This document shows, one piece after another, positions 33,092 to 44,368 of a stretch of DNA of 64,000 nucleotides. The position numbers and the translations under genes are program-made. Below the pieces are notes generated by a model that saw only the letters and a program-made list of their open reading frames with translations, ran no database searches and was not told where the DNA came from. Each line of letters opens with the position of its first letter. The stretch's first letter is position 1. The DNA comes from Phormidesmis sp. (GTDB taxonomy: Bacteria > Cyanobacteriota > Cyanobacteriia > Leptolyngbyales > Leptolyngbyaceae): positions 832,001-896,000 of the forward strand of contig CBDFJR010000002.1 in the NCBI GenBank assembly GCA_965248535.1. Direction: 5' to 3'.

Positions 33092-35713
33092 TTAACTCAA
33101 ACCAGTCAGTAGCTGATTACGCGCTTCTGCAAGGGCATCGGGCAGCTTACTGGCATCGCGTCCGCCCGCTTGAGCAAGATTGGGACGACCGCCGCCCCCG
33201 CCGCCGCAGAGTTTAGAAATTGCTCCCACCAGCTTCCCAGCCTGCAACCCTTTTTTGACCACCGTAGGGCTAAACGCCGCCACCAGACTGACTTTGCCTT
33301 CTTCGGGCACAGAGCCTAACACCACTGCCCCTTCGCCCAGCTTTTGCAGCAGTTGTTCGGCCACCGTTTTGAGCGATTCGGCATCCACCGAGTCGAGTTG
33401 AGCGATCAGAATTTTGAAGTCACCTACCGAGTCGGCTTGGGCCAGCAGTTGATCGGCTTTGGCAAAGGCAAGTTGCCCTTTGAGCGTCTCAAGTTGTTTT
33501 TGCGTGGTCTTAAGTTCGGTTTGCAGGGAGGTGATGCGATCGGGGATTTCTTCGGGCTTGACTTTGAAGCGATCGCTCAAGTCGCGCACCACCGTGTCCC
33601 GAAGGTTTAGATATTCGAGAACGGCCGTTCCGGCGATCGCTTCAATGCGCCGAATGCCTGCCGCCACTCCAGATTCAGAGACGATCTTAAAAATACCGAT
33701 TTCTGCCGTGTTGCTGACGTGAGTGCCGCCGCAAAGCTCCATCGACACACCCGGCACGTCTAGCACTCGGACAGTATCGCTATATTTTTCGCCAAACATG
33801 GCGATCGCGCCTTTTTCTTTTGCCTCTGTCAGGCCCATGACGTGAGTGTTGGCAATGTGGGCCTCTGCAATCCAGGTATTGACCTGTTCTTCAACTTGCT
33901 GAACTTCGGCAGCCGCGATCGTGCGAGGGCAGTTGAAATCGAAGCGGAGGCGATCGAAGGACACCAGCGATCCGGCTTGAGAGATGCTCTCATCGACAAT
34001 CTTCTTTAGGGCCGCTTGCAGCAAGTGAGTGGCGGTGTGATGCGCCTGCACTCGACGACGACACGCCAGATCGATCTGGGCGGTTACAGGGTCTCCAACG
34101 CGCAACGTGCCCCGCTCAATGCGCCCAAAATGCACCGAGAAAGCGGATTCTTTTTTTACGTCTTCGACTCGCATGAGGACAGAATCACCGGAGAGATAGC
34201 CCCGATCGCCCACTTGTCCCCCCGACTCGGCATAAAAAGGAGTCTGATCGAGAATGACTTGAACCTGAGTTCCGGCTTCTGCGGACTCGACCGATTCACC
34301 TTCGACGAGCAAGACTTCGATCGTTGCCTGACTAGATGGTTGCGTGTAGCCCAAAAATTCGGTGGCGTGAATGCGCTGTGCTAGCTCATCCAGGGTGCCT
34401 TGAACGGTGAGGTCGATCGTTTTGTGGGCCGCTTTTGCCCTCGTGCGCTGCGCTTTCATCTCGGTCTCAAAGCCTGCGGCATCGACGGTCAGCCCGCGTT
34501 CTTCGGCAACTTCTTGCGTCAGTTCGAGCGGAAAGCCATAAGTGTCGTAAAGCGTGAACGCATCTTGCCCCGAAACCTGATCCGTAACGTTTGATAGGAT
34601 TTCTTCTAATAGCTTCTCGCCCCGCTCTAAGGTTTCTCGGAAGCGAGATTCTTCTTTTTGCAGTTCGTTTTGGATGGTGTCTGCGGTTTGCCGCACTTTG
34701 GGATAAGCCGACTCAGATAGAGCGATCGCCGTTTCTGCAACCTGGGCGGTGAAGTCATGATTGATGCCGATCAGTCGCCCGTGACGCACCACCCGCCGAA
34801 TCAGACGACGCAGCACATAGCCGCGACCTTCGTTATTGGCAGCAATGCCGTCTGCAATCATGTGCACAACAGCGCGAACGTGATCGCCAATGACTTTGAG
34901 CGAGACTTTTGTAGAAGCGTCTGCCGTGGCGTAGTCGATCTGAGCGATCGCGGCAGCCGTTTGCACGATCGGAAAAATCAAATCCGTCTCATAATTATTG
35001 GGCACTTTTTGCAGAATTTGCGCCATTCGCTCTAAGCCTAAACCTGTGTCGATGTTTTGGTTCTGCAACGGGGTGAGATTGCCATCCACATCCCGGTTAT
35101 ATTGCATAAACACCAGGTTATAAAACTCAATAAACCGAGTGTCATCTTCTAAATCAATCGAGTCGTCACCCTGTTCGGGATGAAAATCGTAATAGATTTC
35201 AGAACACGGCCCACAGGGCCCCGTCGGCCCCGATACCCAAAAATTGTCTTTCTCCCCCATGCGCTGAATTCGGTGAGCCGGAATGCCGATTTCGTCACGC
35301 CACATTGCAAAGGCTTCATCGTCGTCTTCAAACACGCTGACCACTAGGCGATCGGGCGGCAAGTTATAGAGTTTGGTCGAAAGCTCCCACGCCCACGCGA
35401 TCGCTTGAGACTTAAAATAATCGCCAAAGCTGAAATTGCCCAACATCTCAAAAAATGTGTGGTGTCGAGCGGTGCGTCCCACATTTTCGATATCGTTGGT
35501 GCGAATGCACTTCTGAGACGTAGTAGCCCGCGCAAACTCTGCCTGACGCTGCCCCAAAAAGATCGGCTTAAACGGCAGCATCCCGGCGATCGTCAGCAAA
35601 ACGGTCGGATCTTCGGGCACCAAAGAGGCACTGGGCAAGATCTTGTGCCCTCTGGCTGCATAAAAATCGAGAAACTGTTGCCGAATCTGAGCGCCGCTGG
35701 GGAGAGTAGCCAT
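33092..35713 (-). CDS. alaS: Alanine--tRNA ligase
   Basis: [47 protein letters not shown]. Confidence 0.98.
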   Translation of the reverse strand: MATLPSGAQIRQQFLDFYAARGHKILPSASLVPEDPTVLLTIAGMLPFKPIFLGQRQAEFARATTSQKCIRTNDIENVGRTARHHTFFEMLGNFSFGDYFKSQAIAWAWELSTKLYNLPPDRLVVSVFEDDDEAFAMWRDEIGIPAHRIQRMGEKDNFWVSGPTGPCGPCSEIYYDFHPEQGDDSIDLEDDTRFIEFYNLVFMQYNRDVDGNLTPLQNQNIDTGLGLERMAQILQKVPNNYETDLIFPIVQTAAAIAQIDYATADASTKVSLKVIGDHVRAVVHMIADGIAANNEGRGYVLRRLIRRVVRHGRLIGINHDFTAQVAETAIALSESAYPKVRQTADTIQNELQKEESRFRETLERGEKLLEEILSNVTDQVSGQDAFTLYDTYGFPLELTQEVAEERGLTVDAAGFETEMKAQRTRAKAAHKTIDLTVQGTLDELAQRIHATEFLGYTQPSSQATIEVLLVEGESVESAEAGTQVQVILDQTPFYAESGGQVGDRGYLSGDSVLMRVEDVKKESAFSVHFGRIERGTLRVGDPVTAQIDLACRRRVQAHHTATHLLQAALKKIVDESISQAGSLVSFDRLRFDFNCPRTIAAAEVQQVEEQVNTWIAEAHIANTHVMGLTEAKEKGAIAMFGEKYSDTVRVLDVPGVSMELCGGTHVSNTAEIGIFKIVSESGVAAGIRRIEAIAGTAVLEYLNLRDTVVRDLSDRFKVKPEEIPDRITSLQTELKTTQKQLETLKGQLAFAKADQLLAQADSVGDFKILIAQLDSVDAESLKTVAEQLLQKLGEGAVVLGSVPEEGKVSLVAAFSPTVVKKGLQAGKLVGAISKLCGGGGGGRPNLAQAGGRDASKLPDALAEARNQLLTGLS

Positions 35714-35750
35714 GGGAATCTGGGGTAACAAAGCTGTAGGTTTATCTATT

Positions 35751-36314
35751 CTATTCCAGCAACCAGCCGAACAGATCTCCCACAGTTAGCTGAAAATCTT
35801 TCGCAAATTCTGGCACAGGCAGCACCTGATCGAATTGATCAAAAATTTGGGGTTGCTGATTGACTGGATATCCAATCACCGACTGCTCATCTGGATCAAT
35901 GAGCCAACCCATCTGACAGCCGTGATTGAGGCAGTGCAGAATGTTGTTAATGACTTTAGTTTGTCGTTGATCGGGTGAAAGAATCTCGATTGTCCAATCA
36001 GGTGCAGCATTAAAAGCGTTGGCAACGCCTCCATTTTCCTTACGCGGAATTCTGTCATAAGTGAAAACTGCGACATCTGGAACGATCGCTCTTCCACCGA
36101 AACTGCATCTGAGTTCAGGAAAAGCACGAGCAACTTTTTGAAGCTTTACAACTCCATCAATTGCGTTGGTCAGGTCTCTCTGAAGGGTGCTGTGTTCTCC
36201 TTTTGGCATGGGTTTCTGGATGATTTGACCGTCAATGTATTCGTTAGCAGGCTTGGTTTCGGGCAGGTTTAGAAATTCTTCTAGGGTGATGGTTTTTTGA
36301 GGAGCTTGTACCAT
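35751..36314 (-). CDS. Uma2-family endonuclease
   Basis: [28 protein letters not shown]. Confidence 0.9.
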   Translation of the reverse strand: MVQAPQKTITLEEFLNLPETKPANEYIDGQIIQKPMPKGEHSTLQRDLTNAIDGVVKLQKVARAFPELRCSFGGRAIVPDVAVFTYDRIPRKENGGVANAFNAAPDWTIEILSPDQRQTKVINNILHCLNHGCQMGWLIDPDEQSVIGYPVNQQPQIFDQFDQVLPVPEFAKDFQLTVGDLFGWLLE

Positions 36315-36346
36315 GAGCGGTTACCTCGTGGGTTCCGTAGCGTTGA

Positions 36347-36919
36347 TTAACGGTTCTCTAGCTGTAGCCAACTGAATAAATTTTCTATTGTAAGCTTCAG
36401 TCCACTTGCTATCTCTGGAATCGGAAGCACTTGCTCAGGTTCGTCAAAAACCTGCGATCGTCCATCAGAAGGATATACAATCACCGCTTTCTCATCAGGA
36501 TCGATCAGCCAACCCATTAAACAACCATGAGCAAGACAGTGTAGAATATTTTTCGTCACTTTGGTTTGCCGCTGATCGGGTGAAAGAATCTCGATTGTCC
36601 AATCGGGTGCAGCGTTAAACACGTTGGCAATCTCCCCATTTGCATCGACTGGAATCCGATCCCAGGCAAACACTGCCACATCAGGAACAATCGATCGACC
36701 TCCAAACGTGCAGCGCAATTCTGGAAAGGCTTGGGCAACTTGACGTTCTTCAACCAGTTGATCAATCTTCAGCACTAATTTTTTCTGTAATTTGCTGTGT
36801 TTTCCTTGCGGCATAGGTTTTTGGATGATTTCACCGTCAATGTATTCGCTAGCAGGCTTGGTTTCGGGCAGGTTTAGAAATTCTTCTAGGGTGATGGTCT
36901 TTTGAGGAGTTTGTACCAT
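36347..36919 (-). CDS. Uma2-family endonuclease (tandem paralogue)
   Basis: [28 protein letters not shown]. Confidence 0.9.
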   Translation of the reverse strand: MVQTPQKTITLEEFLNLPETKPASEYIDGEIIQKPMPQGKHSKLQKKLVLKIDQLVEERQVAQAFPELRCTFGGRSIVPDVAVFAWDRIPVDANGEIANVFNAAPDWTIEILSPDQRQTKVTKNILHCLAHGCLMGWLIDPDEKAVIVYPSDGRSQVFDEPEQVLPIPEIASGLKLTIENLFSWLQLENR

Positions 36920-36949
36920 GTCTGTTCGCCTCCTAATGTCTATCTCTTA

Positions 36950-37885
36950 TTATGATTCAGGTTGCCAAAGCGAACGATCAGCGTTGGGCGGCACCAACAC
37001 CCACAAACTTTTTGGCACCACCTGAAAACTCATCGGAGTCACTCCCAAATAATCGCCATCGACCTGCACGGGCAAACCCTTTTGACCTGAAATCTTCACC
37101 TGTCGCGCTCGATAATAGTTGACTTCGGGGTCACGATCGTAGTGCCGCAAAAAAATCGACAACAGCCGCAGCGGTGCCGTCAACATACTGCGACCCTTGA
37201 TCACACACACATCCAGCAAACCATCATTGAGAACAGCATGAGCCGTGAGTTTGACCACACCGCCATAGAGTTGGCTGTTGCCAATCACGACCATTAAAAT
37301 TCGCCCTCGAATGCGTTTGCCATCAATGCGAATGTGAGCACGAAAGCCTTCAAATTTTTGGGCCAGTTGCAGCGCTTGCATCACGTAAGCGATCGCGCCA
37401 AATCGTTTTTTCTCAGCCGATCGGATCTGGGCCGTCACCGCCGCATCAAACCCTACCCCAGCCATCAGCAGAAAATAGCGCGTTCCAACTTGACCGAGAT
37501 CAATTTGTTCGAGTCGCGCTTGCAGAAACGCGATCGCCGATCGCTGCAAATCCATCGGCAGTCCCATTTCTCGGGCCCAGATGTTGACCGTCCCGATCGG
37601 CAAAACGGCCAGCGCGGTCTGAGTGCCGACTAACCCATTAACAACTTCATTAACGGTGCCATCTCCCCCCGCCGCGACGACCACCCCATAGCTTTGACGC
37701 GCAGCATCTCGCGCCAGATGGGTGGCATCACCTGCGCTGCGAGTCGGGCGAAGATCGACCTGCCAGCCGTGATCACGCCAGCGATCGGCGGCCCTTTCTA
37801 ACGCCGAAATCAGATGATTGGCTTGCCCGGCCGTGGGGTTAAACAAAATCAAAACCCGCGGCTGAGGCGGAAGCGGAATGCCCAT
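36950..37885 (-). CDS. Diacylglycerol kinase-family lipid kinase (YegS/BmrU)
   Basis: NPTAG, GGDGTVNE, PIGTVN, GVGFDA, QVDGD. Confidence 0.92.
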   Translation of the reverse strand: MGIPLPPQPRVLILFNPTAGQANHLISALERAADRWRDHGWQVDLRPTRSAGDATHLARDAARQSYGVVVAAGGDGTVNEVVNGLVGTQTALAVLPIGTVNIWAREMGLPMDLQRSAIAFLQARLEQIDLGQVGTRYFLLMAGVGFDAAVTAQIRSAEKKRFGAIAYVMQALQLAQKFEGFRAHIRIDGKRIRGRILMVVIGNSQLYGGVVKLTAHAVLNDGLLDVCVIKGRSMLTAPLRLLSIFLRHYDRDPEVNYYRARQVKISGQKGLPVQVDGDYLGVTPMSFQVVPKSLWVLVPPNADRSLWQPES

Positions 37886-37906
37886 AAGCGAGAGAGCCTC
37901 TATCCA

Positions 37907-38593
37907 TCAGGTCACGATCAGGGTCTCTTGAAGGAGTTGCCGACAGTCTTCGATCGGGCGACGATCCTCCATTGCGGCAACGAGCGCACTGTAGGCATCC
38001 TGATTTTGCTCCAGCAAGTTTTTTGCCTGAAGCGAGGCCCACCGCTCTTTTTGCTGAATCTCAGCAGTGGGTAGCCGCAGTTGCGCCAGCGTCATGCGAA
38101 GTTTTTGCAGATCATCTGCGCCCCCCTCAACAGAATCGTAGGCCAGGGTTTCGGCAACGCCGCCCGCCATCCACACTGCACAGTAGCGATCGACTAACTG
38201 CACCGAGAGTTTGCCCGACTGCAATTGAGTGTCTAAGTCCTGAGTGTCAAACTGCACGCCTCCTAGCCCTGGCTGCCCCTGCCGAAAGGCTTCCCAAGCG
38301 CTGAGGGTGTAGCCCGTTACCAGAATGCCTAACTGCTGGGCAACCAAAAAGTGTCCGGCTTCGTGTCTGACCACCCGCGCCCGGTGCGTCGGAGAAAAGC
38401 TAGCCAGCCAGTCGAGGGCGATCGTGCCACCTCTGCCCTGCCAGGTAAACGAATCGAGCGTCACAATGCCTAAAATCGTGAAGGTTGCGATCGCCGGAAC
38501 TGCTGGAGACAGATGAATCAAAGGGCCGAGAATGGTCGTCACCGTCATCGCAAAAATCGAGAGGGCGATCAGATTGAGCGCGATCGGGTTCAT
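37907..38593 (-). CDS. Membrane-anchored M41-like Zn protease domain protein
   Basis: Two N-terminal TM segments, RHEAGHFL, GGVAE, GGADD. Confidence 0.85.
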   Translation of the reverse strand: MNPIALNLIALSIFAMTVTTILGPLIHLSPAVPAIATFTILGIVTLDSFTWQGRGGTIALDWLASFSPTHRARVVRHEAGHFLVAQQLGILVTGYTLSAWEAFRQGQPGLGGVQFDTQDLDTQLQSGKLSVQLVDRYCAVWMAGGVAETLAYDSVEGGADDLQKLRMTLAQLRLPTAEIQQKERWASLQAKNLLEQNQDAYSALVAAMEDRRPIEDCRQLLQETLIVT

Positions 38594-39369
38594 GGCTTTC
38601 TGGCCTTATAAAACGTTTCTAAACTTTGGCGATCACCCACAAAGCGCCAGTGCCAAGGCTCATAGCTGACGTGCTGAGGGTTATTTTTAGGGAAGGAAAT
38701 TTCAAAGTTAAAGCGCACCGCATTTTGTTTGAGCCAGTTAAATGCAGCCGTCTGATCAAACGTGGGGCTGAGATTGGTGGCAGGCACATTGCCATCGCCA
38801 ATATCGATCGCATAGCCCGTGTGATGCTCACTATAGCCTGGCGGAGCGCTGACCTCAGCCCGCTGGTGAGGAGTCTGCGATCGCTCGGCTTTGACTTCAA
38901 AAAATACCTGCTGCTGGTCACTGAGCGATCGAAAGGCCGACAGCGGAGTCAAAATAATGCCTTCAGCTTGAGCCGCGCTTGACATTTGTCTAAACGCTTC
39001 GGCGGCGGCTTTACGGAGCTTGATTCCTCCATCGCTGCTAATGGGTTGCAGTTCAGCTTGGGGCGCTTCTGCGTAGGGAAAATGACCCAACAGCGTGTCA
39101 GGCGACGGGCTTGCACTCGGAGATGGCGCGATCGAGTCAGTCGGCAAAGGACTCGGATTCATCGCCGTGGTCACACTGGGCTGTCGAGCACTGTAGGCAA
39201 ATAAACCGCCCGCGCAAAGTGCGATCGTGGCCAAACCCACAACCAACCCAACTCGATTAAAACGCGGCTGTGGCTTGGGTTCTATGGTTTCCCGCAAAGC
39301 TTCGGGGATGTCGTCCGCAGAGGCAGCCTGATGGTGGGGAGGTTTCCCAGGTAGACCAGCGTTGTTCAA
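38590..39369 (-). CDS. D-Ala-D-Ala carboxypeptidase (M15B/VanY)
   Basis: SAFRS, SAPPGYSEHHTGYAID, YEPWHWRF, one TM. Confidence 0.92.
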   Translation of the reverse strand: MNNAGLPGKPPHHQAASADDIPEALRETIEPKPQPRFNRVGLVVGLATIALCAGGLFAYSARQPSVTTAMNPSPLPTDSIAPSPSASPSPDTLLGHFPYAEAPQAELQPISSDGGIKLRKAAAEAFRQMSSAAQAEGIILTPLSAFRSLSDQQQVFFEVKAERSQTPHQRAEVSAPPGYSEHHTGYAIDIGDGNVPATNLSPTFDQTAAFNWLKQNAVRFNFEISFPKNNPQHVSYEPWHWRFVGDRQSLETFYKARKP

Positions 39370-39564
39370 GAGAATCTTTCCTGCACGTTTTAGGTTGCAA
39401 CCAGCTTAGAGCGTTGAGAAACGCTACTCTGGCAGAGAAGTGGTGGGTAGACAGCGTTGATCGTTAACGTTGACATCAACGGTCACCTAAAATCAGCGCC
39501 TTGTCTAGGCTACCCCTAAAGATACCGATTCTCGGTTCAGGAATGCAAATTTCGTTCTAACTTC

Positions 39565-40485
39565 ATGCCCAATCTTATCGCTCAACTGCTTAGTCTCTAT
39601 GCGCCGCTGGTGGGATGGACGCTGTTGGGGTGGCTGCTGGGGCGTTGTTTACCTAAAGCGGCTCCCACTTATCTAGGTCGCTTTTTGTTCTGGATCGGAG
39701 TCCCCATCAGCATTTTTGCATTTTTGCGCGGGGCTGATCTGTCAGGGCAGGTGTGGATCGCCCCGATCGTCGCGTGGGTAGCAATCCTGTTGGGCGCAGG
39801 CTTGGCTTGGCTGTGGAGCCGCCATCAACTCACTTGGAGCAAGCCGACTCAGGGCAGCTTTTTATTGGCTTCAATGGTGGGCAACACGGGTTATCTGGGC
39901 TTTCCGGTAGCCTTAGCCCTGGGCGGACAGCAGCTTTTTGCCTGGGCACTTTTTTATGATCTGTTGGGCACTACCTGGGGCGCTTACGGCTTAGGAGTCG
40001 TGTTAGCCAGCCGATTTGGGCAGGGCACCCAGAGCCGATCGCAGCTAACCTTGGCGCTTCTCAAAAATCCCGCTTTGGGCAGCTTTGCCCTCGGACTGAT
40101 CACCCGCGATCTGCCCCTTCCGGGCTGGCTAGACATCGGGCTGCATCGGGCTGGCTGGAGCGCGATCGGGCTGGCCCTGATTTTGATTGGAATGCGCCTC
40201 AGTCAATTGCCGTCGCTCTCTCGGCTCAACTCTGCCACGGTCAGCTTGGCGATCAAAATGATTGTGGTGCCGCTGACGGTGAGTTTGAGCCTACCTTTTT
40301 TGCCCATTAGCAGCGCAGCAAAACATACGATCGTGCTGCAAATGGCTATGCCTCCTGCTTTTGCCACGCTGGTTTTAGCAGAAACCTACGGGTTAGACAA
40401 AAATTTGGCGGTCACGTCTCTCGCGCTCGGCTCGATCGGGCTAATTTTCATCCTTCCGGTTTGGCTCTGGCTATTTAGCTTTTAA
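39565..40485 (+). CDS. AEC-family transporter
   Basis: About 10 TM segments, GNTGYLGFP, MPPAFAT. Confidence 0.9.
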   Translation: MPNLIAQLLSLYAPLVGWTLLGWLLGRCLPKAAPTYLGRFLFWIGVPISIFAFLRGADLSGQVWIAPIVAWVAILLGAGLAWLWSRHQLTWSKPTQGSFLLASMVGNTGYLGFPVALALGGQQLFAWALFYDLLGTTWGAYGLGVVLASRFGQGTQSRSQLTLALLKNPALGSFALGLITRDLPLPGWLDIGLHRAGWSAIGLALILIGMRLSQLPSLSRLNSATVSLAIKMIVVPLTVSLSLPFLPISSAAKHTIVLQMAMPPAFATLVLAETYGLDKNLAVTSLALGSIGLIFILPVWLWLFSF

Positions 40486-40862
40486 CCTGCCCAACTGACC
40501 CCATCATCTCCCGGCACCGACGGCAGAGACTTGCGCTCATTTTTGGGGATCAACGCAGACGACTTGGCCACGATCGCGGCAGAACTCGGCTGAACAATCA
40601 CCGCACTCAACGGCACGTCAGGACTAATCGCTTTTTGCTGAGATGCTCTGGCGGCCCGCTGTTCAGGCTCAATGATTTTCTTCAGCAGATAATCTAACGT
40701 CTGCTGCTTGATCCAGCCCCGTGCCACCAACACTTCGCCAAACCTCATATCATCCACGATTTTTTGATCGTTTAGCGCCACGTCAACTTGGGCTTGAGTG
40801 ATCAGCCCTGCCTCAACCAAATAGCAGCCTAGACACTTCACAGGTTCGTTTCTAGCTCTCAT
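40482..40862 (-). CDS. Stand-alone MshEN-like domain protein
   Basis: CLGCYLVEAGLITQAQVDVALNDQ plus RFGEVLVARGWI tandem motifs. Confidence 0.7.
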   Translation of the reverse strand: MRARNEPVKCLGCYLVEAGLITQAQVDVALNDQKIVDDMRFGEVLVARGWIKQQTLDYLLKKIIEPEQRAARASQQKAISPDVPLSAVIVQPSSAAIVAKSSALIPKNERKSLPSVPGDDGVSWAG

Positions 40863-41197
40863 CTTCACCCAAAAAGAAGTTCCGTTTGTAGTGACAGACT
40901 CAACATACTCTCTATCAGAGAATATCTGAAGTGATTTTGCTCACGTTGTAGGCTGTGGAGCATCTCAACTCGCGGAGCGTTGAGAACCCCTGCTTTAACT
41001 TTACGTTAAGTTTGTCAATATACCGTGACCCATATAGTTATGATAAAGTTCCTCAACCTTTAGAACTTAAAAATATCGATCCAGAGACCTGAACAAAGGC
41101 AAATAGAGCACTGAGATCCAAACTCACCCATGAGATTGCGTCTTTATAGAGAGCAGACAATCTCTTTAGGTGCCTTATGAAGAGCAAAATCGAGCCG

Positions 41198-42232
41198 TCA
41201 GGCAGCCTGAAACTCTCCCATCATTTTCACTTCTGTCTCTAACAAAAGCGACCAGCGTTGCTGCACCTGCTGCTGCACAAAGCGAATCAGTTGAAAGATG
41301 TCACCTGCCGTCGCCCCCCCGCAGTTGAGAATAAAGTTGGCGTGACGCTGGGCAACTTGAGCGCCTCCAATTTGATGCCCCTTCAAACCCGTCTGCTCAA
41401 TCAGCCACCCCGCTTTATAGGTCTCAGGGTTGCGAAACACGCTGCCACAACTGGGCATGTTATAGGGCTGAGTGGCGTGTCTCTGGTGTTCGTGTTGACT
41501 GGTCATTGCTAAAACCTCAACCGGGTTGGCACCGGGTCTGAGTTGAAACGTTGCCTGAGTTACCAGCCGTCGCAAAGCCGCTTTCTCTTCGGTGCAATTG
41601 CCCTGCAAAGCAGAGGTGCGATAGCGATAATTGAGCGCTTGAGGGGTGAGAATCTCAATCTGTCGGTTAGGCAGCAAGACCTGCGCTTCGACCAAAATAT
41701 CGGCGATCGAGTCTCCATGAGCGCCTGCATTCATCACGACGGCTCCCCCAACAGTGCCCGGAATGCCCACGGCCCACTCAAAGCCCTGCCAGCCAAGATC
41801 GGCCAACTGCCAGGCCAGCCGCGGCAGTGGCTCACCCGCACCGACGGTCACCCGCCCGGTGTCTGGGTCAAAGTGGCTGTGGCGCAGATAACGAGTTGAG
41901 ATCACAAGACCTGGCAGCCCACGATCGCTAATCAGCAAGTTTGACCCTGCGCCCAGCATCGTGGTAGCCAACCCCTGAGCCTGGGCCCATTCTAGGCTAG
42001 CTTGCAGGTCTTCGAGACGGCGGGGCGCAATATACCACTCTGCCGGGCCGCCGACCCGAAAGGATGTCAACGTGGATAGCGGAACATTTGCTTTTAACAA
42101 GCTGTCAGTGCCAGGAAGAGGGAGGGTCTGAAGGTCGCTGGTTTTGGCGAGCGATCGAGACAGGGTGCTGCGAGTTGAAAAATCTGGTTTGTGAGAAGCG
42201 CGAGAAGTCCGGGGATCGCTTGAAAGAGTCAT
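41198..42232 (-). CDS. murB: UDP-N-acetylmuramate dehydrogenase
   Basis: GAGSNLL, GIPGTVGGAVVMNAGA, SCGSVFRNP, HANF. Confidence 0.96.
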   Translation of the reverse strand: MTLSSDPRTSRASHKPDFSTRSTLSRSLAKTSDLQTLPLPGTDSLLKANVPLSTLTSFRVGGPAEWYIAPRRLEDLQASLEWAQAQGLATTMLGAGSNLLISDRGLPGLVISTRYLRHSHFDPDTGRVTVGAGEPLPRLAWQLADLGWQGFEWAVGIPGTVGGAVVMNAGAHGDSIADILVEAQVLLPNRQIEILTPQALNYRYRTSALQGNCTEEKAALRRLVTQATFQLRPGANPVEVLAMTSQHEHQRHATQPYNMPSCGSVFRNPETYKAGWLIEQTGLKGHQIGGAQVAQRHANFILNCGGATAGDIFQLIRFVQQQVQQRWSLLLETEVKMMGEFQAA

Positions 42233-42313
42233 GATGATTTTAGGTGTTTGAATGCTCCAACTGGAGACCCCAATGGATCTCATACCTGGGATTAAAGAGG
42301 GTGTGCCATAGCC

Positions 42314-43849
42314 TCAAGAGGGGTTGCACCGTTCTAAAAACGAGTCTTGCTCAACACCCTGCTGATATGACATCACATCGGGGATGATCTGATTTAAATT
42401 TCCGGCTCCTAAGAAAATAGTCAAGTCTCCAGGAGCCAGCGTTTCACCTAAAAAATGGCTGACCGATCGCAGCGACGGCCGATAGTGAACGTTGGGATGA
42501 TGGTTGGCAATCAGATCGGCCAGTTGTTGACCATTAATTTGCCCTAAATCAGGTTCTCCGGCACTATAGATATCGCTCACAATCACGACATCTGCCTGGG
42601 CAAAAGATTCAGCAAACTCTATCAAAAACGTCAAAACACGGCTGTAGCGATGGGGCTGAAAAACCGCCACAACTCTTCGTTTAGCAGGGGTTAACCCGGC
42701 GTGAATTTGAGCCGATGAAAGAGTAGCTCGAATCTCGCTGGGATGGTGGGCATAGTCATCTATAAACAGAATGTCGTTGACGGCACCCCGATGCTCAAAC
42801 CGCCGACAAGCCCCCTCAAAATTGGCGATCGCCGCTGCAATCACCGCAAACTCTAGCCCCAATAGCCGACCCACCGCAACCGCTGCTAAGGCATTGCTGA
42901 GATTATGCTCACCCAGAAGCTCGATCTTGAGTTGCCCCAAAACCTGTCCCCGCTCCCAGACTTGAGCAGTGGTGCCCTCGGCGTGATAGAGAATCTGGTC
43001 AGCGATGTAGTCGGCTTTAGAGTCAGGGTGAAGGCTATAGCTGATGTTGGGCTTGAGGCGATCGCGCACCGTTTGGCAGTCAATGCTGCCGATCACAGTG
43101 TGGCAGCGGCTCGAAAACGTTTGAAACGTCTCCACCACTTGCTCTAAGCTGCTGTAGTGATCAGGGTGATCAAGCTCGATATTTGTAATGATGCCAATGT
43201 AGGGAGAAAACTTAACCAACGAGCCGTCTGACTCATCGGCTTCTGCCACTAGATAAGGGCCTTGGCCTTGCCGAGCATTGCCTTCCCAAGCGTGAACTTC
43301 TCCACCCACGATGATCGTAGGATCAAGCCCTGCCATGAGCAGCATGTAGCTGATTAAGCTGCTCGTCGTCGTTTTGCCATGAGTTCCGGCAACGGCGATG
43401 CTTTGATAATCTGCAATTAGGGCTGCCAAAATATCTGAGCGGTGAAAAATCGGACACCCAAGCTCGATCGCTGCTCGATATTCAGGGTTAGCGGCGTTAA
43501 TTGCCGTAGAGCAGACCACCTGCGGCAGCACCGCAGTCGAGGCACCGCTTGATAGTCGGCTCTTTGCAAAGGGCGCAGAGAGTGCACCGTGACCAGAAGC
43601 CAGACCAACAGCCACCGCAGAAATTGCATCGGCTTGTGATTTAAAGAACTCAAGATTAGACGCATCTTGACGGTCAAAAACATGGGCACCTAATTCTTCG
43701 AGGCGCTCCGTAATATGGCTTAAGCGAACATCAGAACCGGAAACAGGCAACTTACGCTTGGTTAAAACATAAGCGAGGGCTGACATTCCAATCCCACCAA
43801 TTCCAATAAAATGAAACGGTCTGCCGCTGAAATCAACGGAATTCAGCAT
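42314..43849 (-). CDS. murC: UDP-N-acetylmuramate--L-alanine ligase
   Basis: GIGGIGMS, GTHGKTTT, EADESD, DDYAHHP, FQPHRY. Confidence 0.97.
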   Translation of the reverse strand: MLNSVDFSGRPFHFIGIGGIGMSALAYVLTKRKLPVSGSDVRLSHITERLEELGAHVFDRQDASNLEFFKSQADAISAVAVGLASGHGALSAPFAKSRLSSGASTAVLPQVVCSTAINAANPEYRAAIELGCPIFHRSDILAALIADYQSIAVAGTHGKTTTSSLISYMLLMAGLDPTIIVGGEVHAWEGNARQGQGPYLVAEADESDGSLVKFSPYIGIITNIELDHPDHYSSLEQVVETFQTFSSRCHTVIGSIDCQTVRDRLKPNISYSLHPDSKADYIADQILYHAEGTTAQVWERGQVLGQLKIELLGEHNLSNALAAVAVGRLLGLEFAVIAAAIANFEGACRRFEHRGAVNDILFIDDYAHHPSEIRATLSSAQIHAGLTPAKRRVVAVFQPHRYSRVLTFLIEFAESFAQADVVIVSDIYSAGEPDLGQINGQQLADLIANHHPNVHYRPSLRSVSHFLGETLAPGDLTIFLGAGNLNQIIPDVMSYQQGVEQDSFLERCNPS

Positions 43850-44368
43850 CTTAGCTCCTTACACACCACACCAATAACACGCGCTATCATATCAAGGATT
43901 GCTTTTTCACGGTATAGCTAAGTGAGAATTTCTTTCTCCTTAATTCAAAACCGCGAGATTGCCTTTCTGATTGACTAAATGAGAAACTCAACTTTTCCTC
44001 ACTCCTTTAGCTGATCAAGCATCAATGGCGATGCCAGACTAGATAAATACACCTACAGTTAAACCAATTCCTGATAAAAATCCATCAAATTCTTAGAATT
44101 TTTAGAGATTAAATCAGTCGTGATTCAAAATAGCCTGAATTATTTAAATCAGCACACTGAAGATCGCAAATTCGCTCCCTTTAAATCCTGTCCTCTCACC
44201 CTAGCTCTCGCTTCAAGCAGAGGAAAGAAGAATTTCAACTCCACTCCCATTGGGTAAGCGCCAATTAGGATGAAATTCTAGACAATACCCTAGAAGAACT
44301 TGCAAGCGGACGTTGAGTGAGCGGCGCGATCGAGTTCAATAAAGGGTTGAACTCTTGATCACCATTTT

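Noticed and set aside
44186..44270. Degenerate palindromic repeat in the murC-arsC intergenic region
   Set aside because: Too decayed to define ends or family
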